Positions 52,136 through 61,149 of a stretch of DNA of 64,000 nt are shown in pieces. Both the position numbers and the translations under genes were made by a program. Within the stretch, counting starts at the first letter, position 1, and each line of letters starts with the position of its first letter. The notes under the pieces were generated by a model. The model had not been told where the DNA came from. It saw only the letters and a list, made by a program, of their open reading frames with translations, and ran no database searches. Source of the DNA: Clostridia bacterium. Its GTDB lineage: Bacteria > Bacillota > Clostridia > UBA1212 > UBA1255. Location of the stretch: positions 137,344 to 201,343 of the forward strand of contig JAEFAM010000001.1 of assembly GCA_016287565.1 (NCBI GenBank), read 5' to 3'.

Positions 52136-54235
52136 ATGAAAAAAGCGATTATACCATATGAGATGAACGGCAGGCCTCTGAAGCTGATACACGGCTTCGG
52201 ATACGGCAGAAACGACGGTCCCGAAAAGAGGCAGGAGACCGTCGACCGGACGCTGGAGCGGCTGTACAGGCTGGGATACGGCGGGATCGTCACCAACGTC
52301 GATTTCGACCGGTACCTTGAGAGCCCCGAAAACTGGGAGACGCTGAGATATACGTTAAAAAAGGCCAAGAGCATGGGCTTCAGGCTGTGGCTCTACGACG
52401 AGCACGGCTATCCCAGCGGCGGCGCCGGAGGCATCACGCTCCGGGATCATCCTGAATACGAGGCAAAAGCGCTGGTGCAGGTCACCTGCGAAGGGTTGCC
52501 CGGGGAGAGCGTGCGGATAGAGCTTCCCAGGGGGCACGAAAAATTTGTGCGGCCCGAAGCGGCGCCTGGAGAACCCGTCGCGGTCAATGCCGGGGAAGAC
52601 GGCGTTGCCAGGGCTTACGCGATAAAGCGCCTTTACGAAGGCACCCACGCGGAGCACAACGTGCACGAATCCCGCAGATATATCAACGTGCTGGATCCTG
52701 ACGCCGTAAGGGCGTTCATCGAAAACACCTACGAAGCATACCGCCGGGAGCTGGGTAATCTTTTTGATGATATAGAGGCCATATTCACCGACGAGCCCTC
52801 TATAATGGCCGCTTATCTGAACGCGGGCCTGTACCCCGGAAGAGTCCGGGACGAATTCGACGACACGCTCCCGCTGCTGCCTCTGGTGGTCTGGGACGAC
52901 AGGCTTCCCGGCAGGTTCGAAGCAAAATGGGGCAATGAGCTTCTTCCTTTATTAGACGATCTTTTCGGGCCTCCCACGGACGAAAACAGGGACACCCGTT
53001 TTAAATTTTATTCCACCACTTCCGAGATGTACGAAGAGGCGTTTTTCACTCAGCTGGGAGGCTGGTGCGACGCCAACGGCACCAATTTTTCCGGCCACGT
53101 GCTCCTGGAAGAAGAGATACTTCACCATCCGCTTTTCGAGGGCAATATCTTCCGCTTCGTCTCTCATATGGGCGTTCCAGGCATCGATATGCTGACAACG
53201 ATCCCCGAAGGCGTGCTGCGCCAGGCTCCCACGCCTAAACTCGTTTCCTCTTCCGCCATATGGCACGGCAGAGACGAGGTGATGTCGGAGGTCTCCGGCC
53301 ATATGCAGGGCGGCAAATACGGCCTTGCTGAAATGAAAGGCGCGGTGGCGCTCCAGAGGGCGCTGGGCGTGACGGCGTTCCCCTCCTATTACAGCGACAC
53401 CCTGGTCTCGGAGCAGGAATTCAAGGACTTTTGCGATTTTACCGCCAATATCTGCCGCCTTCTGGAGCCGGAAGTTTCCGCAGCTGTCTCCCATATGGCG
53501 AACAGGGTGCTTTTGCTGTATCCTGTCGAAGCGGCCTTCGCCTCCTCTTTCGGGTCCGATTCCCAGCTGTGGGCGCGCGAGCACGCCGAAGACGAAAAGC
53601 GGCTGGAGCGGTCATGGCAGGAGCTGAACAGAGCGCTGCTGCTCTCCGGAGTGGGGTACGAATGCGTTGACGTACGCACGCTGCTGGAAAGGACGCACAT
53701 CGAGAGCAGGGGCGTGTATCACGCTGACAATTGCTACAGGGCGGTCGTATTGCCGTATATGAATTATCTGACGCCGGAAACGATCAAATTAAAAGAAAAG
53801 CTCGAAGCCGCAGGAGTCATCACCGTGACGGACCCGGGCGGCAAAGGATCTGCCGCAGATACCGTGAACGAGCTGATCTCCGAACTTGCCCGTAAGGAAG
53901 GCATTTATCCATTTGGCGAGCTTGAAGCCGCTCCGGCCGGCGAGAACCCCCTGGTGATCTCGTCGTATTTCGACACGCGCTATTTCCGGCTGGCGTTCCT
54001 CATCGTGAACTACACGGATTCGCCTGTAAAGGGCAATATAAAACTGGACGTCCCGGACTGGTGGACCGGCGTCAATGAAAACAGCCGCGTCCATGCGGTG
54101 GATCCGGACAACGGCATTTTCACCAAAGCCGGAGGCTGCTTCAGCCGAACCGGCAGCGGAAAAGATTCGAGGCTCACCTACGAGTTCCCGGCGGACATCC
54201 GTCCCATGGGCGCCGTGGTGGTGGGATTCAGATAA
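52136..54235 (+). CDS. Hypothetical 699-aa protein, possibly a glycoside-hydrolase-like TIM barrel.
   Basis: Long ORF with ordinary codon usage. GYGGIVTNVDF, FRLWLYDEHGYPSGG. No family recognised. Confidence 0.6.
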   Translation: MKKAIIPYEMNGRPLKLIHGFGYGRNDGPEKRQETVDRTLERLYRLGYGGIVTNVDFDRYLESPENWETLRYTLKKAKSMGFRLWLYDEHGYPSGGAGGITLRDHPEYEAKALVQVTCEGLPGESVRIELPRGHEKFVRPEAAPGEPVAVNAGEDGVARAYAIKRLYEGTHAEHNVHESRRYINVLDPDAVRAFIENTYEAYRRELGNLFDDIEAIFTDEPSIMAAYLNAGLYPGRVRDEFDDTLPLLPLVVWDDRLPGRFEAKWGNELLPLLDDLFGPPTDENRDTRFKFYSTTSEMYEEAFFTQLGGWCDANGTNFSGHVLLEEEILHHPLFEGNIFRFVSHMGVPGIDMLTTIPEGVLRQAPTPKLVSSSAIWHGRDEVMSEVSGHMQGGKYGLAEMKGAVALQRALGVTAFPSYYSDTLVSEQEFKDFCDFTANICRLLEPEVSAAVSHMANRVLLLYPVEAAFASSFGSDSQLWAREHAEDEKRLERSWQELNRALLLSGVGYECVDVRTLLERTHIESRGVYHADNCYRAVVLPYMNYLTPETIKLKEKLEAAGVITVTDPGGKGSAADTVNELISELARKEGIYPFGELEAAPAGENPLVISSYFDTRYFRLAFLIVNYTDSPVKGNIKLDVPDWWTGVNENSRVHAVDPDNGIFTKAGGCFSRTGSGKDSRLTYEFPADIRPMGAVVVGFR

Positions 54236-54293
54236 AGCGTTCCGGGAGCGTTCCGGAAGCGGTTTGAAAAGGCAAAAACAGGGAGCAAAACGT

Positions 54294-54959
54294 ATGGGGA
54301 TTCTTGACGGCCCCGAAGTCCGGGGCAGGATCAGGGCGATAATATTCGACATGGACGGCGTGTTGGTGGATTCCGAACCGGCCATGTACAAGGCGTCCAT
54401 AGAAGGGCTCCGGGAGTTCGGCATCGAGGCCAGGGCGGAAGATTTCAGGCCTTTCGTGGGAACCGGAGAAAAGAGTTTCATCGGAAACGTTGTCCGGCTC
54501 CACGGGGGCGTGTACTCCGACGAGATGAAGGACAGGGTGTACGAGATATATTGCCGGGACGTGGACAGGGAGATCGTGAGGTTTCCGGCGGTTGTCCCCA
54601 CGGTGCGCAAATTGAGAGAAAAGGGCTACCTGCTGGCCGTTGCCTCCGCCGCCGACGCGGTCAAGGTCAATGCCAACATTCGTGCTTCGGGCCTTCGCGC
54701 TTCCGATTTCGGAGCGGTGGTCAAGGCGGGCGACGTGGTCAATCTCAAACCTGCGCCTGACATTTTCCTGAAGGCCGCGTCGTTGCTGGGAGTTGATCCT
54801 TCTGAGTGCATAGTGTGCGAAGACGCGGAAAACGGCGTGCGCGCCGCAAAGGCGGGAGGAATGTACTGCCTGGGCATCACCAGCACGTTTTCGGACGGGC
54901 GGCTGAAGGAGCTGGGCGCGGATTGGACCGCGGCGGACATAGGGGCACTGACGGATTGA
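54294..54959 (+). CDS. HAD-superfamily hydrolase (beta-phosphoglucomutase-like).
   Basis: IIFDMDGVLVDSEP (DxDGxL), ...GITSTF.., CEDAENGVRAAKAGGM motifs. Confidence 0.8.
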   Translation: MGILDGPEVRGRIRAIIFDMDGVLVDSEPAMYKASIEGLREFGIEARAEDFRPFVGTGEKSFIGNVVRLHGGVYSDEMKDRVYEIYCRDVDREIVRFPAVVPTVRKLREKGYLLAVASAADAVKVNANIRASGLRASDFGAVVKAGDVVNLKPAPDIFLKAASLLGVDPSECIVCEDAENGVRAAKAGGMYCLGITSTFSDGRLKELGADWTAADIGALTD

Positions 54960-54987
54960 AGCGCCCGGAAACAGGGAAGGTGAACGT

Positions 54988-56091
54988 ATGAAAATTTCCG
55001 ATATCGACAGCAATCTGAGAGTGGCGGAAACGCTGGAACTGCCGGACGTACAATGGTTCGGCGCAGGCAGCGATATTTTCCGGGTCTACGGTACGTCGGG
55101 AGACTGCGGCAGCGGCCCGTTTAGAAGGGTGCCCGAAGACGTTGCAGCGGCAACCAGCGAGGCGGTGGCGTATCTTGCCACCAACACGGCGGGGATCAGG
55201 CTTAGGCTGCGCACCGATTCGCCTTACGTTGCAATCCACGCGGAGTGGCATTGCCAGTGCCAGTTCCCGCATATGGCCGTGACGGGCGTCAGCGGATTCG
55301 ATCTGTACCGCATTTCCGGCGGCGCCTCCGGCAACGGCGTCCAGGAATTTGCGGGCACTTTCATCCCGCCTTTTATTTCGCCTCACGGGTACGAGAGCGT
55401 GCTGCCCACGCCCGGCGGCATGCAGGACCTGGTGATATATTTCCCGCTGTACAACGACGTTTCCAAGCTTTACGTAGGACTTCAGGCCGGGGCGAAGACG
55501 GAGGCTCCCGGGACGTATTCATATAAATTGCCCGTGGCGTTTTACGGGTCGTCCATCACCCAGGGAGGATGCGCTTCGAGGCCCGGCACGGCGTATCAGG
55601 CGATGTTGTCCCGGGCGCTGGACGTGGATATAGTGAACCTGGGCTTTTCGGGCAGCGCGCTGGGGGAGACCGCCATTGTCCGGTATATCGCGTCGCTTCC
55701 CTTGCTGGCCTTCGTGTGCGATTACGACCACAACGCCCCCACGCCGGAGCACCTGGAACGCACCCATTATCCGCTTTACAAAACGGTCAGGGAGGCGCAG
55801 CCGGACCTGCCCATATTATTCCTTTCGAAGCCCGACGGCCGGAACATAAATCCGGACGCGGTCAATATCAACCTCCGCCGCGCGGCGATCATCCGCGAGA
55901 CATACGACCGGGCGGTTCGCGAGGGGGACAATAACGTCTATTATATCAACGGCTTTTCTCTTTATGAGGAAGACGTGACGATGGCGGCAAGCGTCGACGG
56001 CTGCCATCCCAACGACCTGGGCTTCTATTTCTTCTTTAAGGCGCTGCTGCCGGTGCTGAAGTCGCTGCTCGGAGGGAAAGTGGGCGCCTGA
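54988..56091 (+). CDS. SGNH/GDSL hydrolase with an N-terminal beta-sandwich domain.
   Basis: FYGSSITQG block I and DGCHPND block V of SGNH hydrolases. Confidence 0.8.
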   Translation: MKISDIDSNLRVAETLELPDVQWFGAGSDIFRVYGTSGDCGSGPFRRVPEDVAAATSEAVAYLATNTAGIRLRLRTDSPYVAIHAEWHCQCQFPHMAVTGVSGFDLYRISGGASGNGVQEFAGTFIPPFISPHGYESVLPTPGGMQDLVIYFPLYNDVSKLYVGLQAGAKTEAPGTYSYKLPVAFYGSSITQGGCASRPGTAYQAMLSRALDVDIVNLGFSGSALGETAIVRYIASLPLLAFVCDYDHNAPTPEHLERTHYPLYKTVREAQPDLPILFLSKPDGRNINPDAVNINLRRAAIIRETYDRAVREGDNNVYYINGFSLYEEDVTMAASVDGCHPNDLGFYFFFKALLPVLKSLLGGKVGA

Positions 56092-56222
56092 GCTTGCTCC
56101 GGGGCCGTTGCTGTGAGGAAAAACCGGGGCCTGAGCTTGCTCCGGGGCCGTTGCTGTGAGGAAAAACCGGCGCCTGAGCTTGCTCCGGGGCCGTTGCTGT
56201 GAGGAAAAACCGGCGCCTGAGC
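56087..56222 (+). repeat. Tandem direct repeat, 43-bp unit x about 3.1, beginning at the SGNH gene stop codon.
   Basis: CCTGAGCTTGCTCCGGGGCCGTTGCTGTGAGGAAAAACCGG(G/C)G repeated at 56087, 56130 and 56173, with a partial unit at 56216. Confidence 0.85.
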
Positions 56223-56325
56223 CCGCGCGGCCGCAGTTGACGCAGGGACAGGCGTGAGGAGATCGACGGAATGACGGATCACGGCGGTTTTTTAACGAAA
56301 AATAACGAAAAATAACGAAAATTTC

Positions 56326-56354
56326 TTGCCATTCCGCCCGACAAGGAGTACAAT
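56326..56354 (+). promoter_or_regulatory. Putative promoter (TTGCCA, 17 bp, TACAAT) for the DUF4870 gene, preceded by (AACGAAAAAT)x3.
   Basis: Hexamers read directly. Confidence 0.45.
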
Positions 56355-56437
56355 TACAGCAAATAATATCCTGCGGCTCCGCCGCGGGAAAAAATAACAG
56401 ATCTCAACCAAAATCGTTTCAAAAGGAGAGGTTTACA

Positions 56438-56827
56438 ATGGCAGATTTTGACGAGAAATTAAAGAATCTCAACAATACGGCTGATCATACCGAAGAGATG
56501 GATCCTGCCGATATTGAGGGCAACAAAGTTATGGCGATACTCGCCTACATCGGCATCCTGGTACTTATCCCGCTGCTTGCGGCGAAAGATTCCAAATTCG
56601 CCCGCTTCCACTGCAATCAGGGCCTGGTGCTCTTCATCGCGGAACTCATCATTAGTATCGTTTTAGGTATCCTTGGCGCGATCCCCAAGATCGGATGGAT
56701 CTTCGGAATCCTCGGTTCCCTGGTAGGCATCTGCTTCCTTGTCCTCGTCATCATCGGCATCATCAACGCCGTCAACGGCAAGGCGAAGGAGCTTCCTCTG
56801 GTTGGCAAATTCAAGATCCTGAAATGA
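56438..56827 (+). CDS. Small membrane protein, DUF4870-like.
   Basis: VMAILAYIGILVLIPLL...FARFHCNQGLVLFI signature. RBS AAAGGAGAGG. Confidence 0.75.
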   Translation: MADFDEKLKNLNNTADHTEEMDPADIEGNKVMAILAYIGILVLIPLLAAKDSKFARFHCNQGLVLFIAELIISIVLGILGAIPKIGWIFGILGSLVGICFLVLVIIGIINAVNGKAKELPLVGKFKILK

Positions 56828-56911
56828 TCTGAAACAGACAGGCAGCCGTCAACGCGTTGACCGGTCCGGTTCTCGGGCGGGACAATGACGGCGTGGCGGT
56901 CAGGTAAAAGT

Positions 56912-56951
56912 CCGGCGGCTTTCTTTTGCAGCAAAGCCGCTGGTCTTTTTT
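56912..56951 (+). terminator. Intrinsic terminator after the DUF4870 gene.
   Basis: CCGGCGGCTTTC...CAAAGCCGCTGG imperfect stem followed by TCTTTTTT. Confidence 0.5.
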
Positions 56952-57015
56952 CGTTCCGTCAACGTTGGCAGGAAGGTGCGTGCAGCGGAGGAAAGCGGAA
57001 GAGAGCGGAGTTCGC

Positions 57016-57470
57016 GGGCGTTTCGCGCTCGTTTTGGGCAACAGGTAGCGCGGCCTTCTTTCAAACGCCCAGAAATCCGGGTTAAGAGGTAAAAGTTAGG
57101 CGTTTCGCGCTCATTTCCGGCTTTGAGGCAGCGCCACTTTCTTTCAAACGCCCAGAAATCCGGGTTAAGAGGTAAAATGTGGGCGTTTCACGCTCGTTTC
57201 CGGCTTTGAGGCAGCGCCACCTTCTTTCAAACGCCCAGAAATCCGGGTTAAGAGGTAAAATGTGGGCGTTTCACGCTCGTTTCCGGCTTTGAGGCGGCGC
57301 CACCTTTACGAAAACGCCCAGAAATCCAGGTTAAGAGGCAAAATCAGGGCGTTTCTCGCTCATTTTAATCCTCGAGGCGGCGCCACCTTTACGAAAACGC
57401 CCAGAAATCCGGGTTAAGAGGTAAAATGTGGGCGTTTCACGCTCATTTCCGGCTTTGAGACAGCGCCGCG
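57016..57470 (+). repeat. Tandem array of about 5.5 units of an 82-84-bp repeat upstream of rpsO. Each unit contains the inverted repeat CAAACGCCC...GGGCGTTT.
   Basis: Units start at about 57016, 57098, 57181, 57263, 57347 and 57430. Unit: GGGCGTTTCACGCTCGTTTCCGGCTTTGAGGCAGCGCCACCTTCTTTCAAACGCCCAGAAATCCGGGTTAAGAGGTAAAATGT. Confidence 0.85.
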
Positions 57471-57711
57471 CCGCTTGCCGACGGGTCGCGGCGCTCCTCC
57501 GATCCCAATTGCGTTGTCCGTCGCAGGATCGGGAGGTGTTTTTAAGGCGTATGCCGCCATCGTTGTGGAAAATTGCCGGATACCTCAAAAAAATACTGTT
57601 GACACCGTTCCTTGCGTTGTGATATCATTCCCCCGTATGCCGCTTCCCGGATACAGGACTCTCCGACCTCTTCCCGGATGCTGGTGAATTAAAAAACAAG
57701 GAGAAAAAATC

Positions 57712-57975
57712 ATGACAAAGGAAAGAAAACAGGAAATCATCAAGACCTACGGCCTCAAGGAAGGCGACACCGGATCCCCCGAGGTCCAGGTCGCTCTGCT
57801 CACCGAGCGCATCAACGAGCTCAACAAGCACCTCGAGTCCCATAAGAAGGACCACCACTCCAGACGCGGCCTGCTCATCATGGTCGGTCACAGACGCGGC
57901 CTCCTTTCTTACCTTCAGAAGATCGACGTAGCGCGCTACCGTTCGCTGATCGAAAGACTTGGTCTGAGAAAGTAA
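57712..57975 (+). CDS. rpsO: 30S ribosomal protein S15.
   Basis: 87 aa. ...[24 protein letters not shown]...HHSRRGLL... Confidence 0.95.
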   Translation: MTKERKQEIIKTYGLKEGDTGSPEVQVALLTERINELNKHLESHKKDHHSRRGLLIMVGHRRGLLSYLQKIDVARYRSLIERLGLRK

Positions 57976-57990
57976 TCTTTTGGCACAATG

Positions 57991-58019
57991 GCGAGGCTCC
58001 CTACCGGAGTCTCGCTTTT
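57991..58019 (+). terminator. Hairpin plus U-tract between rpsO and pnp (attenuator/terminator, the classic position of the RNase III site).
   Basis: GCGAGGCTCC-ctacc-GGAGTCTCGC followed by TTTTG. Confidence 0.5.
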
Positions 58020-58205
58020 GTAAATAAATATTTTAAAAGAAGTTGCGGCTGTAGGGCGTAGATTGTACGCTCGGGCGCCGGACGGCCTGAAGGCGGACAA
58101 CGGGGGATAGATCCCAAGGCGGAAATTGCCCCGTAACAGGCCGGCCACGGACAACGCGGAGCGCAGAATCTACATGCTACCGCCCCGGCTTCGGAAAGGA
58201 ACGAT

Positions 58206-60290
58206 ATGTTCAGAACGTTTACAACACAGCTTGCCGGCAGGACCCTCACACTCGAATTCGGAAAGATGGCCCAGCTGGCCAACGGCGCCTGCCTCGTCCG
58301 CTACGGAGACACAGTGGTATTGTCCACCGCCACCGCTTCCAAAGAGCCCAAAGAGGGGATCGATTTCTTCCCCCTCAGCGTCGACTACGAGGAGAAGCTC
58401 TACTCCGTAGGCAAGATCCCCGGCGGATTCATCAAAAGAGAGGGCAAGCCTTCCGAAAAAGCGATCCTGACCTCCCGCGTCATTGACCGCCCCATTCGCC
58501 CCCTGTTCCCGAAAGATCTGAGGAACGACGTGGTGGTCATCAACACGGTTATGTCGGTGGACCAGGACAACTCCCCTGAAATTGCCGCTATGATCGGTAC
58601 TTCCGCCGCGCTGGCAGTCTCCGATATTCCGTGGGGCGGCCCCATCGGCGGCATCGTGCTCGGCCTCGTTGACGACCAGGTCGTCATCAACCCCAACGCC
58701 GCTCAGAGAGAGCGCAGCAAAATGTACGTCACCCTGGCCGGTACCCGCGAGAAGATCTGCATGATCGAAGCAGGCGCCCAGGAAGTTCCCGACGACGTGA
58801 TGCTGAACGCCATCATTAAAGGTCACGGCACCATTAAAAAGATCTGCGAGTTCATCGAAGGCATCCGCGCCGAGATCGGCAAAGAGAAGTTCACGTACAA
58901 ATCCGCTGAAGTTCCTCACGAGATCTACGACGACGTGAAGGCGCTCGTATTCGACGAGCTGAAGGCTGCCGTGTACACCCCGGACAAACCGGAGCGCGAC
59001 GCCAAGATCGACGCCATCACCAAGCGCACCGCAGAGGCGCTGGCCGAGAAATATCCCGATTCCAAGGCAAAGATCGGCGAAGCCATCTACAAACTTGAGA
59101 AGAGCATCGTACGCGAAGGCATCCTGCGCGACCACAAACGCGTTGACGGCCGCGGCCTGTACGACATCCGTCCTCTCAGCGCCGAAGTAGGCATCCTTCC
59201 CAGGACCCACGGTTCGGGCCTGTTCAAGAGAGGCCTCACTCAGGTGCTGACGATCGCCACCCTCGGCCCCATGTCCGACATCCAGAAGATGGACGGCATC
59301 GACCTGGAAGACTCCAAGCGCTACATGCATCACTACAACTTCCCGGCTTACAGCGTCGGCGAAGCCAAGACTTCCAGAGGCCCCGGACGCCGCGAGATCG
59401 GCCACGGCGCGCTGGCTGAAAGAGCTCTCGAACCCGTTATCCCCTCCGAGGAAGAATTCCCCTACGCCATCCGCCTCGTTTCCGAAGTGCTGATGTCCAA
59501 CGGATCCACCTCTCAGGGCAGCGTTTGCGGATCCACTCTGGCCCTTATGGACGCCGGCGTGCCCATCAAACGCCCCGTCACCGGTATTTCCGCCGGCCTC
59601 GTCACCAACCCCGATGACGAGAACGATTTCGTCACCTTTATGGACATCCAGGGCATCGAAGACTTCTTCGGCGACATGGACTTCAAGGTGGCCGGTACCG
59701 AAAAAGGCATCACCGCCATCCAGGTAGATATAAAGGTCCAGGGACTTTCCTACGAGATCATCCGCCAGGCCTTCGAGCTCACTCATAAAGGCCGCGACCG
59801 CATCCTCAACGAGGTCATGCTTCCCTGCATCTCCGCTCCTCGCGATCATCTGTCCAAGTACGCTCCCAAGATGTACCAGATGAAGATCGATCCGGACAAG
59901 ATCCGCGACGTCATCGGCTCCGGCGGCAAGGTCATCAACCGCATCATCGACGAGACCGGCGTCAAGATCGACATCAACGACGACGGCACCATCTACGTTG
60001 CAGCCGTTGAAGAGGAAGCGGCCAATAAAGCCATGGACATCATCAAAGGAATCACCGGCGACATCGAAGTCGGTACCGTCTTCGAGGGCAAGGTCACCAA
60101 GACGATGGCCTTCGGCGCTTTCGTGGAATACCTGCCCGGCAAGGAAGGCATGGTCCACATCTCCAGGCTGGCCAAGTACCGCGTGGAGCACACCGAGGAC
60201 GTGGTCAACGTCGGCGATATCGTCAAGATCAAATACATCGGCCTTGACAAGCAGGGCAGGATGGATTTCTCCATCAAGGACGTGGAATGA
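58206..60290 (+). CDS. pnp: Polynucleotide phosphorylase.
   Basis: 694 aa. Two RNase PH domains, KH (IRDVIGSGGKVI) and S1 (GTVFEGKVTKTMAFGAFVEY) domains. Confidence 0.95.
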   Translation: MFRTFTTQLAGRTLTLEFGKMAQLANGACLVRYGDTVVLSTATASKEPKEGIDFFPLSVDYEEKLYSVGKIPGGFIKREGKPSEKAILTSRVIDRPIRPLFPKDLRNDVVVINTVMSVDQDNSPEIAAMIGTSAALAVSDIPWGGPIGGIVLGLVDDQVVINPNAAQRERSKMYVTLAGTREKICMIEAGAQEVPDDVMLNAIIKGHGTIKKICEFIEGIRAEIGKEKFTYKSAEVPHEIYDDVKALVFDELKAAVYTPDKPERDAKIDAITKRTAEALAEKYPDSKAKIGEAIYKLEKSIVREGILRDHKRVDGRGLYDIRPLSAEVGILPRTHGSGLFKRGLTQVLTIATLGPMSDIQKMDGIDLEDSKRYMHHYNFPAYSVGEAKTSRGPGRREIGHGALAERALEPVIPSEEEFPYAIRLVSEVLMSNGSTSQGSVCGSTLALMDAGVPIKRPVTGISAGLVTNPDDENDFVTFMDIQGIEDFFGDMDFKVAGTEKGITAIQVDIKVQGLSYEIIRQAFELTHKGRDRILNEVMLPCISAPRDHLSKYAPKMYQMKIDPDKIRDVIGSGGKVINRIIDETGVKIDINDDGTIYVAAVEEEAANKAMDIIKGITGDIEVGTVFEGKVTKTMAFGAFVEYLPGKEGMVHISRLAKYRVEHTEDVVNVGDIVKIKYIGLDKQGRMDFSIKDVE

Positions 60291-60328
60291 GTTTCGGAAG
60301 AGACGCCGCGTAATTGACAGTGTCGAGG

Positions 60329-60362
60329 CAGAGCGGAAGGCGATTCCGCTCTGTCCTTTTTT
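60329..60362 (+). terminator. Intrinsic terminator after pnp.
   Basis: AGAGCGGAA-ggcgat-TCCGCTCT followed by GTCCTTTTTT. Confidence 0.65.
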
Positions 60363-60945
60363 AATACAAAAACTGCGCGTCAGCCGCGTGATGCGCTGTC
60401 TGATTTGGTGCAGGACGTCATTTTTCGAGGGATTTTGACTGATTTGTTATTTTTCCTCGAACTCTCCTTTTGCGTGCGCTGTCTGTTTTTGCTCGACGAA
60501 GCGAAAAGTCGAGGGCTTTCGCAAGTTTTCGGTTTTCCCTTGAAACTTTGTTCGACCTGCGCTGTCTGTCGAGATAAGATCTCGTGTTTAACGTAGCTCC
60601 GCTCCTCAAAATGAGCAAGAACGTCAGGGATTTTTCGAGAATCATTATTTTCCCTCGAAATATTGGCGGAAAGAAAAAACGCCTCCGCTGAAATGAGCGA
60701 GAGCAACGAGGATTTTATCGTTTTTGTCTGATTCCCTCGAAAAACCTGTCTGATGCGCCGAATGCGCCGCACAAATGAGCAAAAAAGGCAGTTTCGCTCG
60801 TTTGGCGAAATGCCTTCGGCAAAAAGAGGAGAAGGGCCGTTTCGCCTGTTTGCCGAAACTCCCGGTAAATCGTGGAGAAAGGTGGCTGCGCCTGTCAGCG
60901 ACTTCACTTTTTTGCGTGTTAACGCCGCCGGGCGGGGGAGAAGGC
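60363..60945. repeat. About 580-bp noncoding region with degenerate dispersed short repeats (TGCGCTGTCTG x3; TTTTCGAGGG/CCCTCGAAA inverted copies x5; AAATGAGC x3).
   Basis: Motifs read directly. Only short low-complexity ORFs are present. Confidence 0.5.
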
Positions 60946-60949
60946 GCGC

Positions 60950-60978
60950 TTGCATTGGCGCGAGCAAAATGGTACAAT
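60950..60978 (+). promoter_or_regulatory. Putative promoter (TTGCAT, 17 bp, TACAAT) for the ABC-2 transporter operon.
   Basis: Hexamers read directly. Confidence 0.45.
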
Positions 60979-61149
60979 GAAATGGTGGATTTGTGCCCGA
61001 AAAAAGACACAAATGTCTGGTAATATTTTGACCCGGTCACAGCGCGTACCCGCAAAGGAGCGTTGACGCGGCGGCAGCGTACGGCCACGGGCCGGCGGCC
61101 TCAGGCCCGCGGACGGATGGAAATGTACCATACGGAGGTATCAGGAAAT

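Noticed and set aside
56087-56222. Possible CRISPR array or minisatellite.
   Set aside because: Three contiguous 43-bp units without spacers. Reported as a plain tandem repeat.
57016-57470. Possible CRISPR array (regularly spaced repeats of about 83 bp).
   Set aside because: The entire unit, including what would be spacer sequence, is conserved between copies. There are no unique spacers and no cas genes. It is a tandem direct repeat.
60380-61012. 210-aa minus-strand ORF in the repeat-rich region after pnp.
   Set aside because: Low-complexity, Ser/Lys/Arg-rich translation with no RBS or motif. The region is better explained as noncoding repeats.
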